Of a stretch of 64,000 nt of DNA, positions 13,637 through 26,718 are shown in pieces. This DNA is from Convolutriloba macropyga. Lineage: Eukaryota. Each line of letters starts with the position of its first letter. The first letter of the stretch is position 1. Where the stretch lies: the NCBI RefSeq assembly GCF_964194025.1, contig NC_134474.1:44888001-44952000 (forward strand), given 5' to 3'. Both the position numbers and the translations under genes were made by a program. The notes below the pieces were generated by a model. That model was not told the DNA's origin and did not search any database. It was given only the letters and a program-made list of their open reading frames with translations.

Positions 13637-14161
13637 ATCCTTTTCAAAAGAATGCCAAGCCGCTGACTGTACATTTGCATCGATTGTTGTTTTTCGGTTG
13701 GATTTGTTGAAAGCCATTAAAAAGCCTTGATAGATGACGCTGCGTTTAATTTATGAAACAAAGCGTGTATCAATTACACTGTCGCTTTCTGTTTATACGG
13801 TGGTAAAATTTAACTTCATTTGATACAGACGTCTTATAAACAGATCATGCCCGCGTGGTCAGTTAAGGGTTCGCTTGAAAGTACATGTTATTACTCGCTC
13901 TAAAACAATATTTGTAGCAATTAATCAGGTTGGCTCGGTCTTTTTATTCAATTTTTTGCTCGAGAGACTTTTACGAGGCCGTAGTCGGCTCATGCATATT
14001 GAATTTGTCTGCTTCGAGTTTTTTGTGCGCTCTTTTCTTGATGTCTGGATCAGTTAAAAGTAAAGGCAAAAGCTAAAGGCGAGGTCCTCATTAAAAGACA
14101 GTGCCCGGAATGTGTGGTTCTAATTTGATAAAGAAAACTAATTAATTGCTCTGAAATGAAG

Positions 14162-17100
14162 TTAGAAAATATTTTGCGGTCTTTTTTTGCGATTTTTCGC
14201 TTGACCTTTTTTTCTGACCCTTCGGACTTTTCGTCCTCAAAAACGGGATAAACTTTCAGCAAAAAAGTGCCAAAGTCAAAAGGCATCAGTTAAAACACGT
14301 AACGAATAAAAAATGGTTGCTTCACAAGAATTTGGATGGGACCTGCCACAAATAAGACTAATTTACAAGTTGGCAAAAAGAATAACTAAACGGACAAAGT
14401 TCAAAAATACACTGATATTTTTGAAAACAATTGTATTTGAAGTCACTAAAAACATAAGATGTCAACTGAAGGTATTAAATAAGTTCACTTATCCCTCTTA
14501 GGAATGTAGGAGGCCATTGAGACCTTTCATTATTCAGATTGATTGTCCTACGAGTACAAAAAGAACGACAAATCAAGTGAAAATCAAATCGAAACATTAA
14601 ATATGCTTAGCTGGGCTTCTTTTCAACACAGTGGGACCTGTCGTCAATGTGATAATGTGACATCATACCAGAATATAACCACATATATCGGCAAAAATCC
14701 AAAAATCACAGTTTTTAAACTCGTTGTTTCACAACATTCTTATTAACTTGAAGTCATATAAAACCAATAGAAATGGTCAACAGAATAAATGTTGTGTTGC
14801 TACGAAGAGTATAAGAACTGCCAGTAATTAAACTGATCTACAAGTTGACCAAAATAAGATAAAGAAATTGGCAAAGTTCAAAAGTTCCACTGATGTTTTT
14901 TAAAACGAAAATTCTAAATCATGAGAAACCTTAGCTATCAAGGGTAAGCATCGGAAAAGTTCACTTATAATTCATTCGATTATATCAAGATTAAGAAGCC
15001 AGTGATTAATGAGCCTAAGACATAAGACTATAAAGTACATTAATTGCTGGCAAAATTCATTGAAAGCTTACGAAACATTGTCAAAGCCATGGAAGCCTTG
15101 AGTTTTTGTCTGAAGCCGTTATTTAACTTCATTTCGCCTCAGTTGAAGATAGAGCGGATCTGTCATTAATTAAGCCTTAATACCAATAGAAATGGTCAAC
15201 AGAATAAATGTTGTGTTGCTACGAAGAGTATAAGAACTGCCAGTAATTAAACTGATCTACAAGTTGACCAAAATAAGATAAAGAAATTGGCAAAGTTCAA
15301 AAGTTCCACTGATGTTTTTTAAAACGAAAATTCTAAATCATGAGAAACCTTAGCTATCAAGGGTAAGCATCGGAAAAGTTCACTTATAATTCATTCGATT
15401 ATATCAAGATTAAGAAGCCAGTGATTAATGAGCCTAAGACATAAGACTATAAAGTACATTAATTGCTGGCAAAATTCATTGAAAGCTTACGAAACATTGT
15501 CAAAGCCATGGAAGCCTTGAGTTTTTGTCTGAAGCCGTTATTTAACTTCATTTCGCCTCAGTTGAAGATAGAGCGGATCTGTCATTAATTAAGCCTTAAT
15601 ACCAATAGAAATGGTCAACAGAATAAATGTTGTGTTGCTACGAAGAGTATAAGAACTGCCAGTAATTAAACTGATCTACAAGTTGACCAAAATAAGATAA
15701 AGAAATTGGCAAAGTTCAAAAGTTCCACTGATGTTTTTTAAAACGAAAATTCTAAATCATGAGAAACCTTAGCTATCAAGGGTAAGCATCGGAAAAGTTC
15801 ACTTATAATTCATTCGATTATATCAAGATTAAGAAGCCAGTGATTAATGAGCCTAAGACATAAGACTATAAAGTACATTAATTGCTGGCAAAATTCATTG
15901 AAAGCTTACGAAACATTGTCAAAGCCATGGAAGCCTTGAGTTTTTGTCTGAAGCCGTTATTTAACTTCATTTCGCCTCAGTTGAAGATAGAGCGGATCTG
16001 TCATTAATTAAGCCTTAATACCAATAGAAATGGTCAACAGAATAAATGTTGTGTTGCTACGAAGAGTATAAGAACTGCCAGTAATTAAACTGATCTACAA
16101 GTTGACCAAAATAAGATAAAGAAATTGGCAAAGTTCAAAAGTTCCACTGATGTTTTTTAAAACGAAAATTCTAAATCATGAGAAACCTTAGCTATCAAGG
16201 GTAAGCATCGGAAAAGTTCACTTATAATTCATTCGATTATATCAAGATTAAGAAGCCAGTGATTAATGAGCCTAAGACATAAGACTATAAAGTACATTAA
16301 TTGCTGGCAAAATTATTGAAAGCTTACGAAACATTGTCAAAGCCATGTAATCCTTGAGTTTTTGTCTGAAGCCGTTATTTAACTTCATTTCGCCTCAGTT
16401 GAAGATAGAGCGGATCTGTCATTAATTAAGCCTTAATATGAAAGTTAACTTTTCTCTAACTGACAAAGAAGAAACATAAAATGCAAAACTATTTTAAAAT
16501 CGTTTTTGATTGTAAAATTCCTCGATGAGACAATAAGTAGCATTGCTACCGCTGCTCGTCTATTATAAACACGGAATTTGTCACATCTTAGCATGTTTTT
16601 TAATTTGGCGAAAGGATCTTACTATATCAACAATAGATTACGCATTTGGTTTAATTTTAAATTAAATTAGCGAAAAGGCGCACAATTTTAATTCCAGAAC
16701 TTTCTCTTAGGAAGCAGAAGTAGAAATAACCACTATCTGATTTTAGAACGAGTTCGTTGGCAGTTTTTGTTCTATACTTCAGGCGAATGTGGACAAAGTG
16801 GGATGAAGATGTATTTTTCTTGCCATTTTTCATGAATTTTCTGATTTTTCAACAATTTACCAAATTTTCAGCCCAAAAATTTGTTTCAAATATCCAGCAA
16901 ACCTACTCCAAAGGCAGTAACACTATCGCTAGATATTTGATCATATATCTTAAAGCAAAATTGATAAAAATTTGAGCAAAAAATAAGGAAAATGTGAGTC
17001 CTAAAACTACGGTAGGTCAGCCGAATGTTCACACAACTTCAAACCCCAATAACTCCTCGGACGAAGACGAAATTCATTTTTTGTTTATTTAGATATTCTA

Positions 17101-19309
17101 CGTTTGAAAGGCTTTCTAATGATACCTCTCTCTGCGATGAATATATCGATCGGTCAAAATAGACTGATCGATATATTCAAACAAAAAACAGTTGATCATA
17201 TAGTTGAAGTGGGGTCGGAAGAACTAGGAGCGTCAAATATATATTTTTTTAAAAGTTTTTAGGATAGCAATTCGAGGTCCAGGATTACAATTTTTTGAAT
17301 AAAAAGAATTGGAGCTCATAAATTTTTTTCCGTATTTCCTGCTATTGTCCGCCAAACCTTGATTAGAAATTATTTTGCGGTCTTTTTTGCGATTTTTTGC
17401 TTGACCTTTTTTTCTGACCCTTCGGACTTTTCGTCCTCAAAAACGAGATAAACTTTCAGCAAAAAAGTGCCAAAGTCAAAAGGCATCAGTTAAAAGACGT
17501 AACGAATAAAAAAGGGTTGCTTCACAAGAATTTGGATGGGATCTGCCACAAATAAGACTAATTTACAAGTTGGCAAAAAGAATAACTAAACGGACAAAGT
17601 TCAAAAATACACTGATATTTTTTTAAAACAATTGTATTTGAAGTCACTAAAAACATAAGATGTCAACTGAAGGTATTAAATAAGTTCACTTATCCCTCTT
17701 AGGAATGTAGGAGGCCATTGAGACCTTTCATTATTCAGATTGATTGTCCTACGAGTACAAAAAGAACGACAAATCAAGTGAAAATCAAATCGAAACATTA
17801 TATATGCTTAGCTGGGCTTCTTTTCAACACAGTGGGACCTGTCGTCAATGTGATAATGTGACATCATAACAGAATATAACCACATATATCGGCAAAAATC
17901 CCAGTTTTTAAACTCGTTGTATCACAACATTCTTATTAACTTGAAGTCATATGAAACCAATAGAAATGGTCAACAGAATAAATGTTGTGTTGCTACGAAG
18001 AGTATAAGAACTGCCAGTAATTAAACTGATCTACAAGTTGACCAAAATAAGATAAAGAAATTGGCAAAGTTCAAAAGTTCCACTGATGTTTTTTAAAACG
18101 GAAATTCTAAATCATAAGAAACCTTAGCTATCAAGGGTAAGCATCGGAAAAGTTCACTTATAATTCATTTGATTATATCAAGATTAAGAAGCCAGTGATT
18201 TATGAGCCTAAGACATAAGACTATAAAGTACATTAATTGCTGGCAAAATTCATTGAAAGCTTACGAAACATTGTCAAAGCCATAGAAGCCTTGAGTTTTT
18301 GTCTGAAACCAATATTTAACTTCATTGCGCCTCAGTTGAAGGTAGAGCGGATCTGTCATTAATTAGGCCTTAATATGAAAGTTAACTTTTCTCTAACTGA
18401 CATAGAAGAAACATAAAATGCAAAACTATTTTAAAATCGTTTTTGATTGTAAAATTCCTCGATGAGACAATAAGTAGCATTGCTACCGCTGCTCGTCTAT
18501 TATAAACACGGAATTTGTCACATCTTAGCATGTTTTTTAATTTGGCGAAAGGATCTTACTATATCAACAATAGATTACGCATTTGGTTTAATTTTAAATT
18601 AAATTAGCGAAAAGGCGCACAATTTTAATTCCAGAACTTTCTCTTAGGAAGCAGAAGTAGAAATAACCACTATCTGATTTTAGAACGACTTCGTTGGCAG
18701 TTTTTGTTCTATACTTCAGGCGAATATGGACAAAGTGGGATAAAGATGTATTTTTCTTGCCATTTTTCATGAATTTCCTGATTTTTCAACAATTTTTACC
18801 GAATTTTCAGCCCAAAAATTTGTTTCAAATATCCAGCAAACCTACTCTATCTCTAAGGATAAAGGCAGTAACACTATCGCTAGATATTTGATCATATATT
18901 TTAAAGCAAAATTGATAAAAATTTGAGCAAAAAATAAGGAAAATGTGAGTCCTAAAACTACGGTAGGTCAACCGAATGTTCACACAATTTCAAACCCCAT
19001 TAACTCCTCGGACGAAGACGAATTTCATTTTTTTTTTTGTTTTTTAGATATTCTACGTTTGACAGGCTTTCTAATGATACCTCTCTCTGTGATGAATATA
19101 TCGATCGGTCAAAATAGACTGAACAAAAAAACAGTTGATCATATAGTTGAAATGGGGTCGGAAGAACTAGGAGTGTCAATTATATATTTTTTTGAAAGTT
19201 TTTAGGATAGAGCAATTCGAGGTCCAGGATTACAATTTTTTGAATAAAAAGAATTGGAGCTCATAATTTTCTTTCCGTATTTCCTGCTATTGTCCGCCAA
19301 ACCTTGATT
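14162..19309. repeat. two tandem copies of a ~1.95-kb unit
   Basis: 14162-17362 and 17363-19309 are co-linear. The first is longer because of an internal array. The region starts in a family 1 HINE-like 5' end (14144). Confidence 0.92.
14763..16438. repeat. 419-bp tandem array, 4 near-identical copies
   Basis: accaatagaaatggtcaac at 14763, 15182, 15601 and 16020. Single copy in the second unit (~17956-18374). Confidence 0.97.
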
Positions 19310-20872
19310 CATTTTCAAATATCTTTGAACCCAATGGCCGGGTTATTTCCAAAACAGTCCTGGAGCAAAAATTTTGGGGGGCCACCTTTTTGGTATAGTA
19401 GATAAATTATATACTTAAAATTTAACCCCTCAATAATTTTTACCTCCATTTTTCTTGATATCGTTGTTTTGTCAGTTTGTGTTTTCTGAAAAGCTTGTTT
19501 TAAAAATCCGAAAAATAAGATATTTTCAAAAAGTGAAATGCCGTTATTTTCACTAATAACAAATAAAGAGTTTCTGTTTGTGTCTGCATACTTATGGAGT
19601 CTGATCTCAAAATTGATTACACCTGCAAATTTTGAGATTTTGCTAAAATTTTTTATTTTTTTGATGGTCTTATCCGGAAATTGGAATATCGATTTATACT
19701 GTTATGATGAAAATGGTTTTTGGAAGGACCAATTTATGTTTTTGACTTTTATTTAGTTTGAAAGATTACAAAATACCATGCTTTCTACTTAAGCAATACC
19801 ACTGATGGTGAATATATAAAAGGGCGTATTTTGTTCACGCTAAATTTAACTGCCGATTGCTTATTTTGATCCCTCTGCGCATAAAAGGATTACTCTACGC
19901 CTACGTTCTTTACCTCCCCCATCAAGCACCAGTCTATTTTGTGAACAATCAGAAATAACAAAGACATCTTGAATAGTGTTGTGAGCTTTTGCTGGTAATT
20001 TCACAACCTGGATACATGAAAGACGTGCAATTTATCCCACAGCTTTTTAGGGAAAAATTGCTTACTAGTTGGTAGCTACATGGTGTTAGTTACTTAGGGG
20101 GAATTGTTAAACGCCCTGAAAATCTTAATCTAGCCTGCCTTTTGCCCCTAATCGCCACTTTTCCTTTGAATAGTGACTGGAGAATAAAAAGACTGGCAAA
20201 GGTCAATTAAGAGCATTGTATGTGCGAACGGGATTAATGCCTTAATCTCTCTTTCAATGCGCCCTCTCAACGAAATCTTTCATTTAGAGAGGTAGAATTT
20301 TGTTTGGTTCTGTTAATAAAACTATGCATTCGCTTATACTTTTCCGTGTGCGAAGTCACTATCAATGGAGCCATATTTATTATTTAATAATCCGGTGCAG
20401 ATTGTTTTTATGGTATCCTGCCAAAAATTGGCCTAATTTCTTTATATGTGTGGTGATCTGCAAGCGATCAAATAAGTGACATGGCATTAAGCAGCAAATT
20501 ATTGGAAAAATAGTCGTAGCCGTCTTTTTTTTGACCCGGTTTTGAAGTGTGTGCTCTATTGATCAATTGGTTTAATCGATGTTTTGACGGTAACTTTTTG
20601 CAATCATAATAAGGGGGTAGTATAAGCATGGATAACTCTGAAAATCGACCAGTACGTGATTGAATCAGCGTGTCTTACATGCAAGCCTAGTGTGCTAAGC
20701 ATTACACTGGTCTTAAACTCTACTTGGGGCATCTATGCGCCCTTCTCACGTTGTTTCTCGCTCCGCAATGCTTCTTGTCATTCTAGCCAAGTTTATGTTG
20801 AACAAGTCGAGATTCTGGTGTACAGATAACATTTGTTCTCTCAACTTTCTAACATAATGTTGGATTTTACAG

Positions 20873-20903
20873 TATGGAGTCGGGTCCCTTGGAAGACCCA
20901 AAT
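20873..20903 (+). CDS. ASS1: ASS1 31-nt exon, variant A (S-MESGPLEDPN)
   Basis: ttttacag|T ATG GAG TCG GGT CCC TTG GAA GAC CCA AAT|gtaagt. Completes the Ser codon from the previous exon and ends in phase 0. Equivalent to human SYEAGILENPK. Confidence 0.93.
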
Positions 20904-22219
20904 GTAAGTACAACTACATACATCCCTGTCTCTCTCATCCTCCTCTCTGTAGTGATGAGCAGCTTCTTTTATATAAACTTGTATTATCTTGTATTTTAAT
21001 GAAATAACTTTATAGTGAGGTATGAAATGAGCATAGCCGTATGTTTTAACTGCATCCTGATTCCTGATGCAACTGTCATGTGTGTTAGCAGCTTAGTTTG
21101 GTGACAGGTGTGATTGGGTGCATCTTTATTAGTCATCTATGGGCCTTTGAATTAACTTTCCTAGTTAAATGAGACTTTAGTTTGGTTACCTTCTGTTACG
21201 ACACGCGCTGTCACAGCACATTACCCAACGCCAAAATATACCCAATATTTTAACCTGATGTCGACATTACCAGAACGGCTGTTTGGCATGATAATAATAA
21301 CCAAGTGAGATAATGTTGAATGTAAAACGAAAAATTATGTTTACAAGTTTTAAATGTAAGACTAGCATATCTGGCGATGGCTCGCGGGCCAAGGCCATGC
21401 GCACAGTGCCGGCCCGTGCGACTTCATATGAAACGATTACAAGCGAACATGTGATTAAATTGTCCGCTAAACTTTGATGAAACCTGCCTGTAATATCGAC
21501 TGCTAATTTGTAATCGGATCATTGAGAGAAATGATCAAAGGAAATAAATTGGGTATTATAGCATTGGGAATTTTGGCATTGAGTAATTTTTTATGTAACC
21601 GACGCACGATAGGTTAGCGTGTTACTTAGTCATCAGAAGTTCTATCGTTTGATACCTGGAGTTTCCATGTAACTGCCACATATATCATGCTGAACTATAA
21701 ATTGCAGCATTTTTTAATTATCAACAGTACTTATTTACACCTTCTAACAAGTGAATCGATATGAGAAACAAGCTAGTTAAGTTGAAAAAGTATGTCGGCC
21801 CTGCATCCTTTTCCTCAGTTGAAAAAAAGTGCCGAAAATTGGAGTTTATATATTTATATGAGCTAATAGTGTGGTATTTGTGTGTGCTCCTTGTAATGGA
21901 TAGTCCTATTTGCTTAAAACTATTGAAAAAAAACTATAATGAGTACAATAACGCGCGTATTATGTTATTAGTTTGTTCACACAGGGAAAGGTTATCAGAA
22001 TTGTTAGATTAGTAGTGGTAGTTTGGTTATGTTGGAGGGATCTTTTACTCCCCCCCCGGTACCTTATGCACCTGTCATTACATAGTATACACTTGTGTTA
22101 ATGGGTGATTAAAAATAATTTGCACCCACTAAGCCTCGGAGGATACTGAAACAGAAAAGATGTTATGTTGATGATTTGAAGTAGCTATTATTTGCAATAG
22201 TGTTCTGTCCTCTTCTTAG

Positions 22220-22250
22220 CATGGAATCGGGCGCCTTGGAAAGGCCAAAT
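22220..22250 (+). CDS. ASS1: ASS1 31-nt exon, variant B (S-MESGALERPN)
   Basis: ctcttcttag|C ATG GAA TCG GGC GCC TTG GAA AGG CCA AAT|gtgagt. Same length and phases as variant A, with canonical splice sites. Confidence 0.88.
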
Positions 22251-23151
22251 GTGAGTGCATGATAACACACGAAATTAAACCCAACCTAATCGCAACCACT
22301 AACTAGAAATCGCCATAATTAATCAACTCAAAGATTTTGGCATCACTTCGTTCGCGAGAAGAATCTTGATAGGCCAGACGATGAAATTTTTTGTGCTTAT
22401 TTCAAAAAAATCAAGGCAGAGAAAGGATGTCAAGGTCTTATTTTGTTTGGTCTAGATAACCGAATTTGGATTGCACGTTTTTGTTTCTCCTTTTTATTCA
22501 TAAAACTTGAACTGAACAAAATAATCTGTTTGATGATAACTCCCTTTTTTCCTCTGTCTGTGACTGATATTGAAAGGATTACTAACTCAGTTATCGAGAC
22601 TTGTCTGCTCCCCGAAGCAAAAGAAGCGGTTCCTTTGCCAAAGAGGATGTAGGTCGCTGCGAGATATCTAACCAATATAAATTCATCCTCTACTCTGCTT
22701 CATGCTCACGGCTGAGCGGTTCTCAATGTTGAAATGAAAAAAAAAAGAAATATTGAATTCGAGTTTCAGCACTAAATAGTTAATTTAAACAATAGCACGG
22801 CATTTAAGTACCGTTTATTTTTCATTTACTAGAAAATGATTTGACGAGTTTGAAGAGAAACAGTATGAAGGTTTCAACGCAACCACCGTCTAACAAACAT
22901 TTAAAAAATTAAAAGGCCCACCATAATGCACATAGCCTATGCTCGCGCTCGGAATTTTAACCCCATCGCGTTTCACAGGTTATCTCAATACTATTGTAGT
23001 TCACATCTAGACTGCTAATGAACCCAAGTTATCTTTGACAGCTTCAGCTTTTTGGGACAGTAATATTGTTTTGACGATTGCATGATCTCTACTGTGTCAT
23101 TGTGACGAGCTCAATAAGCGTGCGAGAATTTGTATTTGGACTGTTTTTCAG

Positions 23152-23242
23152 GAAGAGCCTCCAAAGTCAACGTACAAATACACGACCAACCCTCTCGAAG
23201 CACCTGACATGCCTACAAAACTCGAGATTGAGTTCTCTCAAG
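23152..23242 (+). CDS. ASS1: ASS1 exon (91 nt)
   Basis: ttttcag|EEPPKSTYKYTTNPLEAPDMPTKLEIEFSQ(G)|gtatgt. Aligns to human [31 protein letters not shown]. Confidence 0.94.
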
Positions 23243-23340
23243 GTATGTGTTCCCACTCTAATTGATGTTTTCCAGTTCTGCGCATAATTGTTCCGACCCA
23301 CTTTAGTGGGGGGAGAAACTATATACTCAACTAGGTTTTT

Positions 23341-24275
23341 AATAGCCGCCCTCATCTTCTCAGCCGGCTATTATAGCGCTCCTAATTTTTTTACAATTCA
23401 AAGAATTTGAATTGTATTGGGGCGCTGTCTTTTTTTTTAAGATCTGTTCACACATTTTATGATTTTTGAAGTCAAATTGGAGTAGTGATTTTGGTCACGC
23501 CGAAACAGGAAGTGGAGCGAAAAAGCGAGTGGTTTTGCGGCGTGAATTGTTTTCGCTCCAAATTTAAAGTAGAGTGAGAAAACGGTGTTTGAACAAAAAT
23601 TGGCTTTCTCGCTAGTGGTTTTTTGTTCACATGCGGCAATTTGACTTTGATTTTTACTGTTTTTTCGTTTTTTTTTGGATCGGATTTTTTTCTAAATGGT
23701 TTTACCAATCCATTCATAGTCCGTTCTAGGTCTAGTTTTCTGTTTAGTCAATGAAAATTCTTTGAATTGTACGTCAGGACTTGTCCTGCTATGTTTTTTA
23801 CTTCGTCGAACTTTTCGCTTTACCATTTTTCCGCTTTTTCAGCATTTTGCGTGAAATCTTTTTGACATTTTTAGGCTAGTTTCTCTCTTCTCTCATTCTG
23901 CTAAAAGTGAATTTGAACATCAGCTGCTCAGCAAAGCATTTCAAAATGAACAGAGTCAGAATAAAAAATGAAGTCAGAAATAGAAACGGGATAAACCCAT
24001 AAAGCCCAATTTTAGATGCCCGCTATTTGAACGTCGTTCCTACAAGTCTTAGTTACCATCTCTTATGCTTATTGGTATTGATAGTAGCCCCTGTAGCCTC
24101 TCTCTAAGAAACAGAAGTATGTTCAACTACGAAATGCCGTCAAAATAAATCGGACTTAACAAATATTTTTGTACAAAAATCTTTTTTTTTTTCGATATCT
24201 TCTATTCTTTCAATCCCAATCATGCTTATTGGAATCAACGGCGGCTATTTTCTGGCAATCTGCCGGGTATGTTTT
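23341..24275 (+). mobile_element. HINE-like family 3 element (nested)
   Basis: 5' aatagccgcc with internal inverted repeat cggctatt. 3' ggcggctatt (24240-24249), hairpin ctggca-atc-tgccgg, then gtatgtttt. Inserted in a T-run. Confidence 0.7.
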
Positions 24276-24506
24276 AAAGTTTTTTTGTTTTTCTAAATGT
24301 TATATGCAGAACAGGACAATTAAATCAAGAAATAATAGTGACTGTTCCAATTGGCTTCCTGAGGAGTTTCAAGGAAACCTATCTAGTTTACTTAGTCGAA
24401 AGCTTGTCTTTTTGATTTTAAAAATTGCTTGTTTTCAATATGAACAGTGGTTTGTTGTGTTGCACATTTTTCTCCTTTTTAATCAACTTAACGCTTAATG
24501 TTAGCA

Positions 24507-26065
24507 ATGACAGGTCGCATTGACTTTTTAATATATTAGAATTTTCGAATATTAGAATATCAGAATTGCCGTTTTTCAGTAATGGCGTTTTCAGTTTTTT
24601 TTTAAAATTTTTGGCTATTCTTTTCCCTGCCACATTATTGGCGTTTTAAAAGCAGGCATAATGTATCATATCATGTATTAGTGGATCGATTATGATTTTA
24701 ACGGCTTGGACACCGTCACCTAGCAGAATTGAATGGAATTTAATGTTTTGTCTTGTTTGTCGTGTTTTTTTTCGTATAAAAAATTCTGGTTGACTGCAGT
24801 TTTTGGCAGCTTCCTAGGCAAGAAAAAAACACTTTTTTACTAATTTCAGATAATACCTAAATTGTTCCACGACTTTGATATCAAATGTTTTTTAAAAAAA
24901 TGAACTTATGTTTTTTAAACTAATCTTTGCTGCTATTTTTTGTCTGCAAGTAACGAGTGTCCTTAATTACAGGTTGCATGTCACATGTTTGAGTAATATA
25001 CTGAATAGCAGAATTGAAAATATCTAATGTTTTAGTGCCTTGCTTTTTGATTTAACGGCTTCGATACTTATTTTTCGCGATATTTTTTTTATACTGGTCT
25101 TTGATTGTTGTTTTTATTAGCCTATGATATATTCTGAATAATCAAAGATCTCGATGCCTTTCTTTGGAGCAATTGAGTAAATAATGGAATTTATTGATTT
25201 CAGTCGACAGCTATTTTTCTACGACTGGGAAAAACATCTATAAAAGTCTTTCCTTTTTTGATCAACTTGTAGCTTGAGGGCAGGAATGACAGGTCGCATT
25301 GACTTTTTTAATAAATTGAATGTTGAACTCAATGCCGTCTTTGTGTTTTAAGTAGTGGCTTTTCCAGTTTTCGGCTTTAAAACTTACGAGTCACATAAAA
25401 TATTTTCATTTTTCCCAAGTTTCAGGTTCTTCTTTGTCATGTCGCGTTATTGTGAGGTCAGATAAATTTTTGGTGTTTAAAAGGGAGGCATATTGGAACA
25501 TATCATGTATTTCAGTGGATGAATTATGGTTTTAAGGGCTTCGACACCGTCGCCTAGCGGAATTTATTGGAATTTATTGTTTTGTCTTTGTTTGCCGTAT
25601 TTTTTGTTTTCGTATAAAAAATTCTGGTTAACTGCAGGTCTTGGCACCGACCTATGCCAGAACAAAGAAATTTTTTTACTGATAATACCAAATTTTTACA
25701 TGAATTTGAAACCTAAATATTTTAAGAAAAATAAACATGTATTTTTTTAAACTTTGATCTTTGCTGCTTTTTTTTGGCTGCTTTTTAACTAGTCTCAATA
25801 ACTACAGGTTGCATATCACATGATTGATGTTGAAGAATACCAGAGTTGAGCATAAATAATGTTTTAGTACCTTGCTTTTTCATTTAACGGCTTCGAAATT
25901 TGTTTTTCACGAAAATTCTTTTCAATTTTTTTTCATGTCTGTATTTGTCGTTCTTTTTGTAGTCTGTGATATATTCTGAATAATGAAAGATCTCAATGCT
26001 TTTCTTCGGAGCAATTGAGTAAATAATTGAATTTATTGATTTCAGTTGACAGCTATTTTTTTACG
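24507..26065. repeat. diverged ~780-bp tandem duplication
   Basis: atgacaggtcgcattgacttttt at 24507 and 25287; co-linear to cagctattttt. Confidence 0.8.
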
Positions 26066-26718
26066 AATTGGAAATGAATTAATTTCGTTTTTTTTTTTTT
26101 TTCAAACTTTGCCCCTTTTGTTCTTTTTTATCTAGTTGTTGGATGGTCTCATTATTCAGAGGATACATATCACATTATTTGTGTTAAAAAATGCGCATAG
26201 ACGTAAGTAAAATTCCTGATAATGACAGATCTCAACAATTAATTCATATAGAGGTATGATTGAACATAAACCTATTTAAAGATTTCAGTTGATATTTTAT
26301 GGTTTTCCTTTTTTGAACTCATCTGTTTTCAAAAAAAAATCAACCTATTTTTAAACTTTGGTTTTTTTTCTTTTTATCTACTTGATACCGAGTCTCATAA
26401 AGCTTTTTCTATTGACGTAACAAATATTTCTTGGAAACTTAGGTTTATTTTCACTCTTTTATGACCTTATTATTATTTTTTTTCAATAATTTGTTGTTAA
26501 TTGGTTTTGTTGTCTGGTCTCCTTAGTTTTAATAATGGCAGGTCTCATCGGCCTTCTAATGTAGCAATTTTACTTTACGAAATATTATAGGTTGGAGGCA
26601 ATTTTTTGGTCATACATTATATAGTTTTGAACAGTGCTTGTATTTTTGAAAGTTTTCGCGCTCTTTAATTTGGTAGACACTTACGCCAAAAATCTGGATG
26701 AACGGGGTCGGAACATTG

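Noticed and set aside
20952-21067. Possible intronic C/D snoRNA (GTGATGA...CTGA)
   Set aside because: Terminal stem is weak and I could not identify an rRNA-complementary guide; would need snoscan or Infernal.
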